From Dehalococcoidia bacterium (GTDB taxonomy: Bacteria; Chloroflexota; Dehalococcoidia; Lucifugimonadales; GCA-2712585), in assembly GCA_965208725.1 (NCBI GenBank), contig CBDBPI010000002.1:208870-272869 (forward strand): a stretch of DNA of 64,000 nucleotides. The letters run 5' to 3'. Positions 47,490 to 56,359 of the stretch are shown here, in pieces; position 1 is the stretch's first letter, and every line of letters begins with the position of its first letter. Under the pieces are notes generated by a model. It saw only the letters and a list, made by a program, of their open reading frames with translations, was not told where the DNA came from and did no database searches. Made by a program: the position numbers and the translations under genes.

Positions 47490-47586
47490 TGGCGGGAGTG
47501 GGAGGGAGTCGAACCCTCCCATCCCGATTGTGACGGGATACAACGGATTTGAAGTCCGCGAGAGCCACCGGGCCCCATCCACTCCC
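47490..47586 (-). tRNA. selC: tRNA-Sec (anticodon UCA)
   Basis: Hand-folded. 8-bp acceptor GGGAGTGG/CCACTCCC plus discriminator G plus encoded CCA. 6-bp D stem GGGGCC/GGCTCT. Anticodon arm GCGGA-CTTCAAA-TCCGT. Long variable arm ATCCCG-TCACAAT-CGGGAT. 5-bp T arm GAGGG-TTCGACT-CCCTC. This is the bacterial 8/5 Sec architecture. Confidence 0.93.
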
Positions 47587-47601
47587 GAAAATGCGCGAAT
47601 C

Positions 47602-47625
47602 TGCCCCCATCTTAGCCTGGGGGCA
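47602..47625 (-). terminator. hairpin downstream of trxA (possible terminator)
   Basis: TGCCCCCA-N8-TGGGGGCA stem. There is only a short, displaced T-run before selC. Confidence 0.3.
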
Positions 47626-47676
47626 TGATCAATAAATGCCTCGTCGACACAAGGGCCGACGTGGCGTGGAAAAGAG

Positions 47677-48006
47677 TTACGCTGCCAGCGCCGACTCTAT
47701 CTTCTTCCTCAACTGCCCCTTCGGCACCGCGCCTACAATCTGCTCCACCGGCTTGCCGCCCTTGAAGATAAGCAACGCCGGTATGCTGCGAATGCCGTAG
47801 GTCACCGCCGTTATCGGACTGGAGTCCACGTCCACCTTGGCGAAGTCCATAACCCCGTCCATCTCCTCAGCCAGTTCGTCCACAATCGGGGAAATCATCT
47901 TGCACGGAACGCACCACTCTGCCCAGAAGTCCACCAGTACGGGCTTATCCGCTTCCACTACCTTTTCGTTGAATTCAGCATCGCTCACGGCAAAGGGTTT
48001 CGCCAT
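47677..48006 (-). CDS. trxA: thioredoxin
   Basis: WAEWCVPCK active site. The ATG at 48006 follows GGAGG. The ORF-track extension to 48093 is unlikely to be translated. Confidence 0.9.
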   Translation of the reverse strand: MAKPFAVSDAEFNEKVVEADKPVLVDFWAEWCVPCKMISPIVDELAEEMDGVMDFAKVDVDSSPITAVTYGIRSIPALLIFKGGKPVEQIVGAVPKGQLRKKIESALAA

Positions 48007-48144
48007 TGGTTCCTCCAGTGTAAGGTTATTACATACATCTTCAGCGGGGTATCCGTCCCCTCTGATATTCCAGTGTATACCTGCGTCCGCCATCGGTCAA
48101 TCGAGATGCTTTCGACGCCGAAGAATTGAGGGTGAAGCTACACC

Positions 48145-49989
48145 TTGTCTGACAACCTGAACGGAGCTGGAAGGACCGGCCTCCTTGGCAGAAAACTTCG
48201 TTTGCGCCCCGACTCGTGGGGACGCTTGGGCGAAGCCACCGTCGTGGTGGAAGGCCACCGCGTCTTTGTCTTCGGCGCCATCCCCGGCGAGGAAGTGCTG
48301 GCCGAGGTTTTCCGTGAACGAAGACGCTACGTCGCCGCCCGCGTCCTGGAGGTCATCGAACCCTCCCCCCTCCGCGTCGACCCCCCATGTCCCTACTTCG
48401 GCCCCTGCACCGGCTGTCAGTGGCAGCACGTCGACTACAACGCGCAGCTTCAGCATAAGTCCGACGCCGTGACCGACGCCCTGCAGCGCATCGGCGGTTT
48501 CTCAAACCCTCCCGTTCGCTCTGCCGTCCCTTCCCCCGACCAATTCGGCTACCGCAACCACGCCCGATTCACCATCGGCAAGGACGGCTCCCTCGGTTTC
48601 GTCAACCGCGAGACTCGACAGCACGTGACCGTCGACAACTGCCTCCTCATGGAACGGGGCGTCAACGACGTTCTGAGGAAACTGCAGGGACATTGCGCTG
48701 AGACTACCCAGCTCTCCGTACGTTGGGGCGTCAACACCGGCGATTACCTCGTCCAGCCCACCCTCAAGGAGGCCGACGTCCCTGTATCCACCGGCCAGAA
48801 GCGCTATGTGGAGACCGTCCATGGCCGCTCCTTCCGCATCGCCTCCCCCTCTTTCTTCCAGGTTAACATAAAGCAGTTGGAGGTAATGGTAGACCTCGTT
48901 AAGGACGGCCTAAGACTCTCAGGCAACGAGACCCTCGTCGACGCCTACGCCGGCGTTGGCACCTTCGCCCTGTTGCTCGCTCCCTACGCCAGGCGAATAA
49001 TCGCCATCGAAGACTCTCCCGCCGCCGTCGAGGATGCCAGGGCCAACGCCGAAGGCCTCTCCAACGTCGAGTTCGTCCTTGGACGCACCGAGCAGGTCCT
49101 GCCCGAACTTGAAGCGTCGCCCGACGGCGTCATCCTGGACCCCTCCCGCACGGGCTGTCATCCCTCCGCTCTCAAGGCGCTTGCCGAATTGAAACTCCGC
49201 CGAATAGTCTACGTCTCCTGCGATCCTGCAACCCTCGCCCGCGACCTGAAAATCCTCTGCAGGGACGTTTTCCTTCTGGAAAGCGTAACCCCCGTCGACA
49301 TGTTCCCCCAGACCCACCACGTCGAGTGCATCGCCGTCCTCGCCCTCCGTCGCCCGTTGGACGGATTGACGCTCGCCTCTTCATCGCCTCGCAGACGCGA
49401 GCTGATGGCCGGCCTCGACGCACCCTTCGACGCATTGACACCCGACGTGGAAGAACGCGCTGACCCTGGAGAATCCCCCGAAGACACCGTACTCCGCCTC
49501 GCCCTCGACAAAGCCCAGGCCGTTGCCGAGAAGCGCCCCAACCGTCCCGTCGTCGGCGCCGACACCCTCGTCGTGCTGGATGGTCAAGCGTTGGGCAAAC
49601 CCGCTGACACTGCCCAGGCCCGGCAGATGTTGATGAGCCTCCGTGGACGCGTCCACCGCGTTCTCACTGGCGTCGCCGTCATCGACGGCGCAACCGGCAA
49701 AGCCCGCACCGCCCTGTGCGAAAGCCGCGTCCTCATGAGAAACTACTCCGCTTCCGAAATCGACCAGTACATCGCCTCAGGCAGCCCCTTCGACAAGGCT
49801 GGCGGCTACGGAGTCCAGGACCGAACCTTGAATCCCGTCGCTCAAGTCGACGGATGCCGCGCCAACGTCATTGGCCTTCCACTTTGCATCATGGCGCGGC
49901 TGCTCAAAGAGTCGGGATTTAACGTAGAATCTCTGTCGCTGCCTGCAGAGTGCCGGCGACATCTTCGAAAACAAGGGAAAAAAGAATGA
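48145..49989 (+). CDS. fusion of RumA/RlmD-type (uracil-5)-RNA methyltransferase (TRAM + Fe-S + MTase) with a Maf nucleotide pyrophosphatase domain
   Basis: N-terminal ~400 aa: CPYFGPCTGCQWQH cluster and the MTase motifs DAYAGVGTF and DPSRTG. C-terminal ~205 aa: LASSSPRRRELM, GADTLVVLDG and KAGGYGVQD Maf motifs. Confidence 0.8.
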   Translation: MSDNLNGAGRTGLLGRKLRLRPDSWGRLGEATVVVEGHRVFVFGAIPGEEVLAEVFRERRRYVAARVLEVIEPSPLRVDPPCPYFGPCTGCQWQHVDYNAQLQHKSDAVTDALQRIGGFSNPPVRSAVPSPDQFGYRNHARFTIGKDGSLGFVNRETRQHVTVDNCLLMERGVNDVLRKLQGHCAETTQLSVRWGVNTGDYLVQPTLKEADVPVSTGQKRYVETVHGRSFRIASPSFFQVNIKQLEVMVDLVKDGLRLSGNETLVDAYAGVGTFALLLAPYARRIIAIEDSPAAVEDARANAEGLSNVEFVLGRTEQVLPELEASPDGVILDPSRTGCHPSALKALAELKLRRIVYVSCDPATLARDLKILCRDVFLLESVTPVDMFPQTHHVECIAVLALRRPLDGLTLASSSPRRRELMAGLDAPFDALTPDVEERADPGESPEDTVLRLALDKAQAVAEKRPNRPVVGADTLVVLDGQALGKPADTAQARQMLMSLRGRVHRVLTGVAVIDGATGKARTALCESRVLMRNYSASEIDQYIASGSPFDKAGGYGVQDRTLNPVAQVDGCRANVIGLPLCIMARLLKESGFNVESLSLPAECRRHLRKQGKKE

Positions 49990-50198
49990 ATTTTTTCGGC
50001 ATTGGCGGCATGGAGCTTATGGTCATACTGTTGCTGGGCTTCATCGTCCTCGGCCCACGACAGCTGATAAATGTGGCCAAGGGCTTGGGACGCACGATTA
50101 CAGAACTGCGAAACGCCATGAACCAGTTCACCCGCCTCGTCGACGAAGATGACGACGACCAACAGCGCCGTCCCCCCGGGGCAAAGGACCGCCCGTGA
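49986..50198 (+). CDS. tatB: twin-arginine translocase TatA/TatB-family protein
   Basis: MNFFGIGGMELMVILLLGFIVLGPRQL. The ATG overlaps the upstream stop (ATGA). Confidence 0.75.
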   Translation: MNFFGIGGMELMVILLLGFIVLGPRQLINVAKGLGRTITELRNAMNQFTRLVDEDDDDQQRRPPGAKDRP

Positions 50199-50932
50199 GC
50201 CAGGCTCCCTTCCAGAGCCACCTGCTGGAACTCCGCAAACGGCTGATGATAGCGGTCCTGGCCGTGGCAGTGACCACCGTCCTGGCCTTCGTCTTCCACC
50301 GGTGGATTATCGACTTCCTGCTCCTCCCCGCCGAGACCCTCACCGACGAGCCGGGCCGCCTGGTGTTCATCGACGTTCTGGAACCTTTCGGGGTGGCCAT
50401 GAAGGTCTCCATCGTCACGGGAATTGTGCTGGCCCTGCCCATTGTCCTGTCCCAGATAATCTTCTTTGTTTCTCCCGGCCTGACCTCCCGCGAAAAACGC
50501 TACCTGTACGCCTTTCTCCCCGCCGTGCTCCTCGCCTTCGCCGCTGGCGCTGCCTTCGGCTACCTTGTCCTCATCCCTCCTGCCATAAACTTCCTAATCA
50601 ACTTTGGCGGCGAAATCGCCGAGCCTACCGTCCGAATCAGCAGCTACATAAATCTTATGACTATGCTGCTCTTCTGGATGGGAATCGTCTTCGAAACCCC
50701 CTTGATCATGCTCATCCTGGCCCGCTTTGGCGTCGTCTCCGCATCAGGCTTCGCCCGGTGGAGACGTCACTGGATAGTCGTGGCCTTTGTCCTCGGTGCC
50801 CTCATCACCCCCACCTTCGACCCCATAAACCAGTCCCTCGTAGCCATACCCCTAATCATCCTCTACGAGTTTGGCATCCTCCTAGCCAAGCTCGTCCGCC
50901 GCAAACCCGCTGAGGAAAACGCCGGTCAATAG
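50195..50932 (+). CDS. tatC: twin-arginine translocase subunit TatC
   Basis: 245 aa. HLLELRKRL N-terminus and six TM segments. Confidence 0.9.
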   Translation: MSQAPFQSHLLELRKRLMIAVLAVAVTTVLAFVFHRWIIDFLLLPAETLTDEPGRLVFIDVLEPFGVAMKVSIVTGIVLALPIVLSQIIFFVSPGLTSREKRYLYAFLPAVLLAFAAGAAFGYLVLIPPAINFLINFGGEIAEPTVRISSYINLMTMLLFWMGIVFETPLIMLILARFGVVSASGFARWRRHWIVVAFVLGALITPTFDPINQSLVAIPLIILYEFGILLAKLVRRKPAEENAGQ

Positions 50933-50971
50933 CAACGCTATGGACGCCAATAATTCCTTCTCCCCTCTCCC

Positions 50972-50997
50972 GTAGGGGCGACCCTTGTGGTCGCCCG
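50972..50997 (+). repeat. family-B GTAGGG-hairpin repeat, copy 4
   Basis: gtaggggcgacccttgtggtcgcccg (GGGCGACC/GGTCGCCC stem). Confidence 0.7.
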
Positions 50998-51074
50998 TTC
51001 CTCCTCTTGATGACCTCCCCAACCAAAAAGCCCCCCGAGTCGGGGGGCCTGACGTAGTCGAACTAAGGGGGTAT

Positions 51075-51275
51075 CTACTGCGGTTTCTCCACCTCCGTCT
51101 TCTCCGAAACCTCCACCGACTTCTCTTCCGGCTTGCTCTCCCCTGTCACGCCGCGCTTGAACGCGGAAATACCCTTGCCCAGCGCGGAGCCTATCTCCGG
51201 TAGACGACCGGCTCCGAAAATCACCAGCACAATGGCAAATATGATGCCCAGTTCCAGCGGTCCTAGCTTTGGCAT
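51075..51275 (-). CDS. tatA: twin-arginine translocase subunit TatA/E
   Basis: [29 protein letters not shown] from the ATG at 51275. Confidence 0.8.
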   Translation of the reverse strand: MPKLGPLELGIIFAIVLVIFGAGRLPEIGSALGKGISAFKRGVTGESKPEEKSVEVSEKTEVEKPQ

Positions 51276-51455
51276 GGGGCCCTCCCCAACAACGAGATTC
51301 TTGCCACAAAGAATACCACGCCCCAGCCAATCCAGGCAATATAATTCCTCAATTCGGCGCGTTATCAATTGCCAATCCGCCTCAAAGCGCCGCCAATCAA
51401 CCGTAGTTTGACCCTCCCCATGCTATACTTGATATAGACTTTCAGGGGTGAAAAA

Positions 51456-53168
51456 ATGCGTACCCTTCGCGTCGCCCTAGCCCAGATGAACTCCGTTGTC
51501 GGAGACCTCAATGGCAACGTTCAGCGCATCCTGCAATTCATGGATCAGGCCCGCGCCTTGGGCGCCGACGTTGTCGCCTTCCCGGAGATGGCCGTAACCG
51601 GCTATCCTGCCGAAGACCTCCTCTTTCGCAACGCTTTCCTTCGAGATAATCTGGACGCCGTCTATAAGGTCGTCGATGAGACCCATGGCCTAGTGGCAGT
51701 AATCGGCTACGCTCACCCCATTGGCGGCCGCGTCTACAACGCTGCTGCCATCGGCACCCAGGGCCGCCTGGCCGGCATGTACCGCAAGCACCACCTCCCC
51801 ACCTACGGCGTCTTCGACGAAGACAGGTACTTCTATTCCGGCTCCAGCTTTCCTATTTTTGAGATAGGCGGCGCCCGCGTGGGTGTGAACATTTGCGAGG
51901 ATATCTGGTACTCCGATGGCCCCACCGCCCGCCAGTGCAACGCCGGAGCAGAGGTCATCATCAACATCAGCGCCTCCCCTTACCATATGTACAAGCAGCG
52001 AGAGCGCGAAGACGTAGTCCGTAACGCCGCAAAAGACAACAACGTCTACGTGGCCTACGTTAACACTGTCGGCGGACAGGATGAGCTTGTCTTCGACGGC
52101 GCCAGTGTGGTCTTCGACCCTTCCGGCAATCTAATCGCCCGCGCCAGAGAGTTCGAAGAAGACCTCCTGGTGGTGGACATTAACCTCCCCCAGGAGCGGC
52201 CTCTGCCTTCCGTCGACCTCCAGGATTCGTCGACCAGCTCGGTCATTCACGTGTCCGGCGCCTATGACGGAGATCGCCCATCGCTGGATGCGACGACAAT
52301 CGCTCCGGTCTTGAAAGGCCCCTCCGAGGTCTACAGCGCTCTCGTCGTGGGCACCCGCGACTACGTCAGGAAGAACGGCTTCTCCAAAGTCCTGGTGGGA
52401 CTCTCCGGCGGCATCGATTCCGCCCTGACCGCTTGCGTCGGCGCCGACGCCCTCGGCCCGGAGAACGTCAGGGTCGTCGCCATGCCCTCCCGCTTCTCCA
52501 GCGAAGGCAGCCTGCTGGACGCCGCGGCCCTCGCCGACAATCTCGGCCTGGAGATGCTGACCATCCCCATAGAAGAGGGCCATCAGGCCATGCTGAACAT
52601 GCTGTCGGACCCCTTCCGTGGCACCCAGTCCGGCATCGCTGAGGAGAACCTCCAGGCAAGACTCCGCGGCAACCTCCTCATGGCCCTCTCCAACAAGTTC
52701 GGCTGGCTCGTCCTCATCACCGGCAACAAGAGCGAAATGGCTATGGGTTACGCCACCCTGTACGGCGACATGGCGGGCGGATTCGCCGTCCTCAAGGACG
52801 TTCCGAAGACCCTGGTCTACGAGCTCTCCCGCTGGCGTAACGAATACGGTTCCCCCATGAACGTCATCCCCCGGGAAATCATCGAAAAGCCCCCCAGCGC
52901 GGAGCTGCGCCCTAACCAGAAGGACGAAGATTCCCTGCCCCCCTACGAGGTCTTGGACGGCGTCCTACAGGCCTACGTCGAAGAGGACAAGAGCTATGCA
53001 GACATATTGTCCCTCGGCTACGACTCCGATACCGTGCGTCAGGTGATGACCGCCGTTGATCGCAACGAATACAAGCGACGCCAGTCCCCACCGGGCGTGA
53101 AAATCACCTCCAAGGCCTTCGGCAAAGACCGCCGCCTCCCCATCGTCAACGGCTACCGCCAGTTCTAA
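51456..53168 (+). CDS. nadE: glutamine-dependent NAD+ synthetase
   Basis: 570 aa. N-terminal CN-hydrolase domain (FPEM...NICED) and C-terminal LSGGIDS PP-loop. Confidence 0.9.
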   Translation: MRTLRVALAQMNSVVGDLNGNVQRILQFMDQARALGADVVAFPEMAVTGYPAEDLLFRNAFLRDNLDAVYKVVDETHGLVAVIGYAHPIGGRVYNAAAIGTQGRLAGMYRKHHLPTYGVFDEDRYFYSGSSFPIFEIGGARVGVNICEDIWYSDGPTARQCNAGAEVIINISASPYHMYKQREREDVVRNAAKDNNVYVAYVNTVGGQDELVFDGASVVFDPSGNLIARAREFEEDLLVVDINLPQERPLPSVDLQDSSTSSVIHVSGAYDGDRPSLDATTIAPVLKGPSEVYSALVVGTRDYVRKNGFSKVLVGLSGGIDSALTACVGADALGPENVRVVAMPSRFSSEGSLLDAAALADNLGLEMLTIPIEEGHQAMLNMLSDPFRGTQSGIAEENLQARLRGNLLMALSNKFGWLVLITGNKSEMAMGYATLYGDMAGGFAVLKDVPKTLVYELSRWRNEYGSPMNVIPREIIEKPPSAELRPNQKDEDSLPPYEVLDGVLQAYVEEDKSYADILSLGYDSDTVRQVMTAVDRNEYKRRQSPPGVKITSKAFGKDRRLPIVNGYRQF

Positions 53169-53232
53169 CCCCTTCCCCCTCACCCTACCCCGTGTTAACA
53201 TCCCCCTACACCCTGCGCCCCGGAGGTGCCCC

Positions 53233-53817
53233 ATGCCCGCCGTCAAATACACCCTCGAAGAATTCATCCAGGACATGGACGACCTCCTCGCCAAAACCCC
53301 CGACCAGCAGCGCATCTTCGACGAAGGATCCGTCTACCTGGAGCGCCTCATCCTCAACCCCGAGGCAATCCCGGAGGAGTATCGGATACCCCTTGGCAGA
53401 GGCCCCCGCGCCCGTCACGGCAGCTACAAGCTCCACCAGGGCGAAAACGGCCTCGCAATCTCCTCCGTCATCTGGGGCCCCGGCGACCACATCGGCCCCC
53501 ACGATCACCGCACCTGGGGCATGATCGGCGTCATGGAAAACGTCCTTGCCGAGACCCGCTTCCGCCGCCTCGACGACCGTACCGACGAGGAATACGCCAT
53601 CCTGGAAAAGGATCGCGTCGCCCTCTCCAAACCCGGCGAGGTGTCCCTCCTCATCCCCGAGGTGGACGAAATCCACCAGATTGACAACGAGTCCGACCTG
53701 CCCACCGTGGAGATCCACGTCTACGGCAGGTCCCTCGAAGGTCTCCAGCGGTCTAAGTTCGACCTCAAAACCGGCCGCGTCTACTCCTACGTCTCCGGCA
53801 AAGCCAACAACGAATAA
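53233..53817 (+). CDS. cysteine-dioxygenase-like cupin family protein
   Basis: 194 aa. IWGPGDHIGPHDHRTWG...EIHQ cupin metal motifs. It lies upstream of a rhodanese gene, which is a common pairing. Confidence 0.6.
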   Translation: MPAVKYTLEEFIQDMDDLLAKTPDQQRIFDEGSVYLERLILNPEAIPEEYRIPLGRGPRARHGSYKLHQGENGLAISSVIWGPGDHIGPHDHRTWGMIGVMENVLAETRFRRLDDRTDEEYAILEKDRVALSKPGEVSLLIPEVDEIHQIDNESDLPTVEIHVYGRSLEGLQRSKFDLKTGRVYSYVSGKANNE

Positions 53818-53823
53818 TTCTTA

Positions 53824-53858
53824 CCCCTCGATGGAGGAAGGCTAGGATGCGGGTTAAT
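53824..53858 (+). repeat. family-A repeat, copy 7 (degenerate)
   Basis: cccctcgatggaggaaggctaggatgcgggttaat. Confidence 0.55.
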
Positions 53859-53900
53859 CCCACATCCATCCCACCGCCTATACTGCTAATCGGAAGAAAA

Positions 53901-55484
53901 ATGTCGACCATAACCACCGCCCACGAACTGCGCTCCCTCCTCTCCTCCCACAAGGAATTCGCCCTGCTCGACGTCCGAGACGCGGGTAGCTACAACAGCG
54001 CCCACATCCCTGGCGCCAGCCTCCTCCCCCGCCATCGCATCGAGTACGACCTCCCATCCCTCGTCCCCTTCTCCGGCGCTCCCCTGATCTTCTGCGACGA
54101 TGCTGGCCAACAAGCGACCCTCGCCGCCGCCACCGCCCGGAGAATGGGCTACACCCGCGTCTCTATGCTTGAAGGAGGCATCAACCGCTGGACCTCCCTC
54201 GACTTCCCCACCGAGTGGGGCACCAACGTCCCCAGCAAGGACTTCGGCGAGCGTATGGAGGTGGAATACCGCGTCCCCGAAATCGACTCCATAGAACTCA
54301 AGCGACGTATCGACTCCGGCGAGAAGCTCGTAATCTTGGACACCCGCACACCGGAGGAGTACCAGAATTTCGCAATCCCGGGAGGCCGAAGCGTTCCCAA
54401 CGGGGAGCTTGCCCTCCACGTCACCGACATCCTCAACGAGCATGGCCCCGATACAACCGTCATTCTCAACTGCGCCGGACGCACCCGCAGCATCATCGGC
54501 GCCCGCGCCCTCCAGCGCATGGGCGTCCCCAACGTCTACGGCCTCAAGAACGGCACCGCCGGCTGGGTCCTCGCAGGCCTCGAGTTGGAGACCGGCGCCG
54601 ACAAGCTCGATCTGCCAGCCGTCTCCGAACAAGGCGAAGCCCGCGCCGCTACCTACGCCGGACAGGCGGCTATGGAAGACGGCGTCCAGTTTATGGATGT
54701 TCACGAGCTCAAGCAGGTAATGGCCCGCGCCAATAGCGAGACCGTCTACCTCGTCGACGTGCGCCGTGAAGAAGAATGCCGCGCTGGCCATATCCCCGGC
54801 TTTCGCTGGTTTCCCGGTGGTCAGGCCGTCCAGCGCGCCGACGACGTTGCTCCCGTCCGCAACGCCACCATCGTATTCGCCTGCGATGGACGTGTTCGCT
54901 CCACCCTCGTCGCGTCCTGGTTCCGACAGATGGGCTTCCCCAACGTCTACGCCCTCCAGAGCGGCGTCACCCAGTGGGCTGCTCAGGGCAACGAACTGGA
55001 ACATGGTATGCCGGTGTCCCTTCCCTTCGGCCTTGAGGATGCCAGATCGAAGACGAAGTCAGTCTCGCCCCAGGACGCCGCCTCAACAAAATTCGCGGAC
55101 ACCATCTTCGTCGGCATCAGCCCCGAATTCGCCGACGGCCACATCCCCGGTGCCCGCTGGACTCCCCGCGGTTGGCTCGAGTCCATCATTGCTGACGTCG
55201 CCCCCGATAAAGCCGCTCCCATCCTCATCACTTGCGCCAATGGCCTCGACTCCATCCTGGCAGCCGCAACCCTGGCAGACATGGGGTACTCCGACGTGTC
55301 AGTGCTGGAAGGCGGCATGAAAGCTTGGCGAAGTGAAGGCTTGGATGTTGAGACCGGCCTCTCCGGCGTCATGACTCCGCCCACCGACGTTGTCGTAATG
55401 GGCCCCCACCGTTCCTACGCCGACACCATCCACTACCTCCGCTGGGAAACCGACCTCGGCCACAAATACACCCCCAAACCCTAA
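53901..55484 (+). CDS. four-domain rhodanese protein
   Basis: Four rhodanese repeats with loops CDDAGQQ, CAGRTRS, CDGRVRS and CANGLDS. I prefer the ATG at 53901, because the upstream part of the ORF runs through a repeat element. Confidence 0.8.
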   Translation: MSTITTAHELRSLLSSHKEFALLDVRDAGSYNSAHIPGASLLPRHRIEYDLPSLVPFSGAPLIFCDDAGQQATLAAATARRMGYTRVSMLEGGINRWTSLDFPTEWGTNVPSKDFGERMEVEYRVPEIDSIELKRRIDSGEKLVILDTRTPEEYQNFAIPGGRSVPNGELALHVTDILNEHGPDTTVILNCAGRTRSIIGARALQRMGVPNVYGLKNGTAGWVLAGLELETGADKLDLPAVSEQGEARAATYAGQAAMEDGVQFMDVHELKQVMARANSETVYLVDVRREEECRAGHIPGFRWFPGGQAVQRADDVAPVRNATIVFACDGRVRSTLVASWFRQMGFPNVYALQSGVTQWAAQGNELEHGMPVSLPFGLEDARSKTKSVSPQDAASTKFADTIFVGISPEFADGHIPGARWTPRGWLESIIADVAPDKAAPILITCANGLDSILAAATLADMGYSDVSVLEGGMKAWRSEGLDVETGLSGVMTPPTDVVVMGPHRSYADTIHYLRWETDLGHKYTPKP

Positions 55485-55564
55485 CCCCCTTTAGACGGAC
55501 TCCGAGCCTGGCCCTACTTTCTCTTGTATACTATCGGTAGAATAAATTCCTAAAGTGAGTCCAG

Positions 55565-56359
55565 ATGATTAAATTTCGTGGGGAATTAAGTGAACTCCAA
55601 ACCCTCGTCAATAAACTGGGATATGTAGGTGAGTGGAAGGCAGACAACGGTAAGCAAGTGTTCCGAAGTGAAGACGGGGCAGTATTGAACTGGTGGCCTT
55701 CCACCAAGACAATTCATTGTCAGGGCGCAACGGAAGCCCGTACTAAGTTGGAGTCCCAAATCGATAGTGCGTTATCAGGCAATCCCGTACCTAAGGCTGA
55801 TTCCCCTCCAAAAGAAACAGAGCAAACCTCCACTTCTGCACCTCCAGCCACTGCCCCGAGGTCCACGGCTTCCAATATAGATTCAAAAAGAGTCTTCGTT
55901 GTCTATGGGCATGATGAAACTTCACGTGATCAGCTTGAACTCGTCTTGCATCGATTGGATTTAGAGCCATTCGTTTTGGGGCTTACCAGTGGAAGGGGTT
56001 TAACGATTATTGAGGCACTCGAGGATGAGATACTGCACCCCTCCAAAGAAGAGCGCTTTGGGATGGTGTTACTTACACCTGATGATATGGGATACAAGCA
56101 AGCAGATGGTCCCACGAGTGCTACACCCCGTGCCAGACAGAATGTTGTAATGGAAATGGGGATGTTGATTGCGGCATTTGGGAGAGATAGGGTTGCGATT
56201 CTAAAGAAGGGTCACTTAGAAGTTCCGTCGGATGCTAGCGGCATAATATACCTGCCTTTCAACAACCATGTTAAAGAAGTGGCGCCCAAACTCTGTCAGA
56301 GGTTGCAAGATGCAGGCTTCCAGTTGAGTCCTGATTCAATAGCTAAGGCATCTTCCTGA
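55565..56359 (+). CDS. TIR-like (Cap12/PycTIR-type) effector-domain protein with unknown N-terminal domain
   Basis: 264 aa. The C-terminal ~150 aa carries KRVFVVYGHDE, FGMVLLTPDDMG, RARQNVVMEMGML and EVPSDASGIIYLPF. A P/S/T/A-rich linker joins it to an unassigned N-terminal ~75 aa. Low G+C. Confidence 0.7.
   Translation: MIKFRGELSELQTLVNKLGYVGEWKADNGKQVFRSEDGAVLNWWPSTKTIHCQGATEARTKLESQIDSALSGNPVPKADSPPKETEQTSTSAPPATAPRSTASNIDSKRVFVVYGHDETSRDQLELVLHRLDLEPFVLGLTSGRGLTIIEALEDEILHPSKEERFGMVLLTPDDMGYKQADGPTSATPRARQNVVMEMGMLIAAFGRDRVAILKKGHLEVPSDASGIIYLPFNNHVKEVAPKLCQRLQDAGFQLSPDSIAKASS

Noticed and set aside
47677-48093. 138-aa version of thioredoxin with a 29-aa N-terminal extension.
   Set aside because: The internal ATG at 48006 has a perfect GGAGG SD and yields a canonical 109-aa thioredoxin. 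The extension has no SD and no conserved sequence.
53886-55004. 372-aa minus-strand ORF. The same applies to the long antisense ORFs 2525..3829, 10636..11538, 14445..15272, 40080..41039 and 60605..61492.
   Set aside because: All are antisense to genes with strong family signatures and have Gly/Ala/Arg-rich composition typical of shadow ORFs in G+C-rich DNA.
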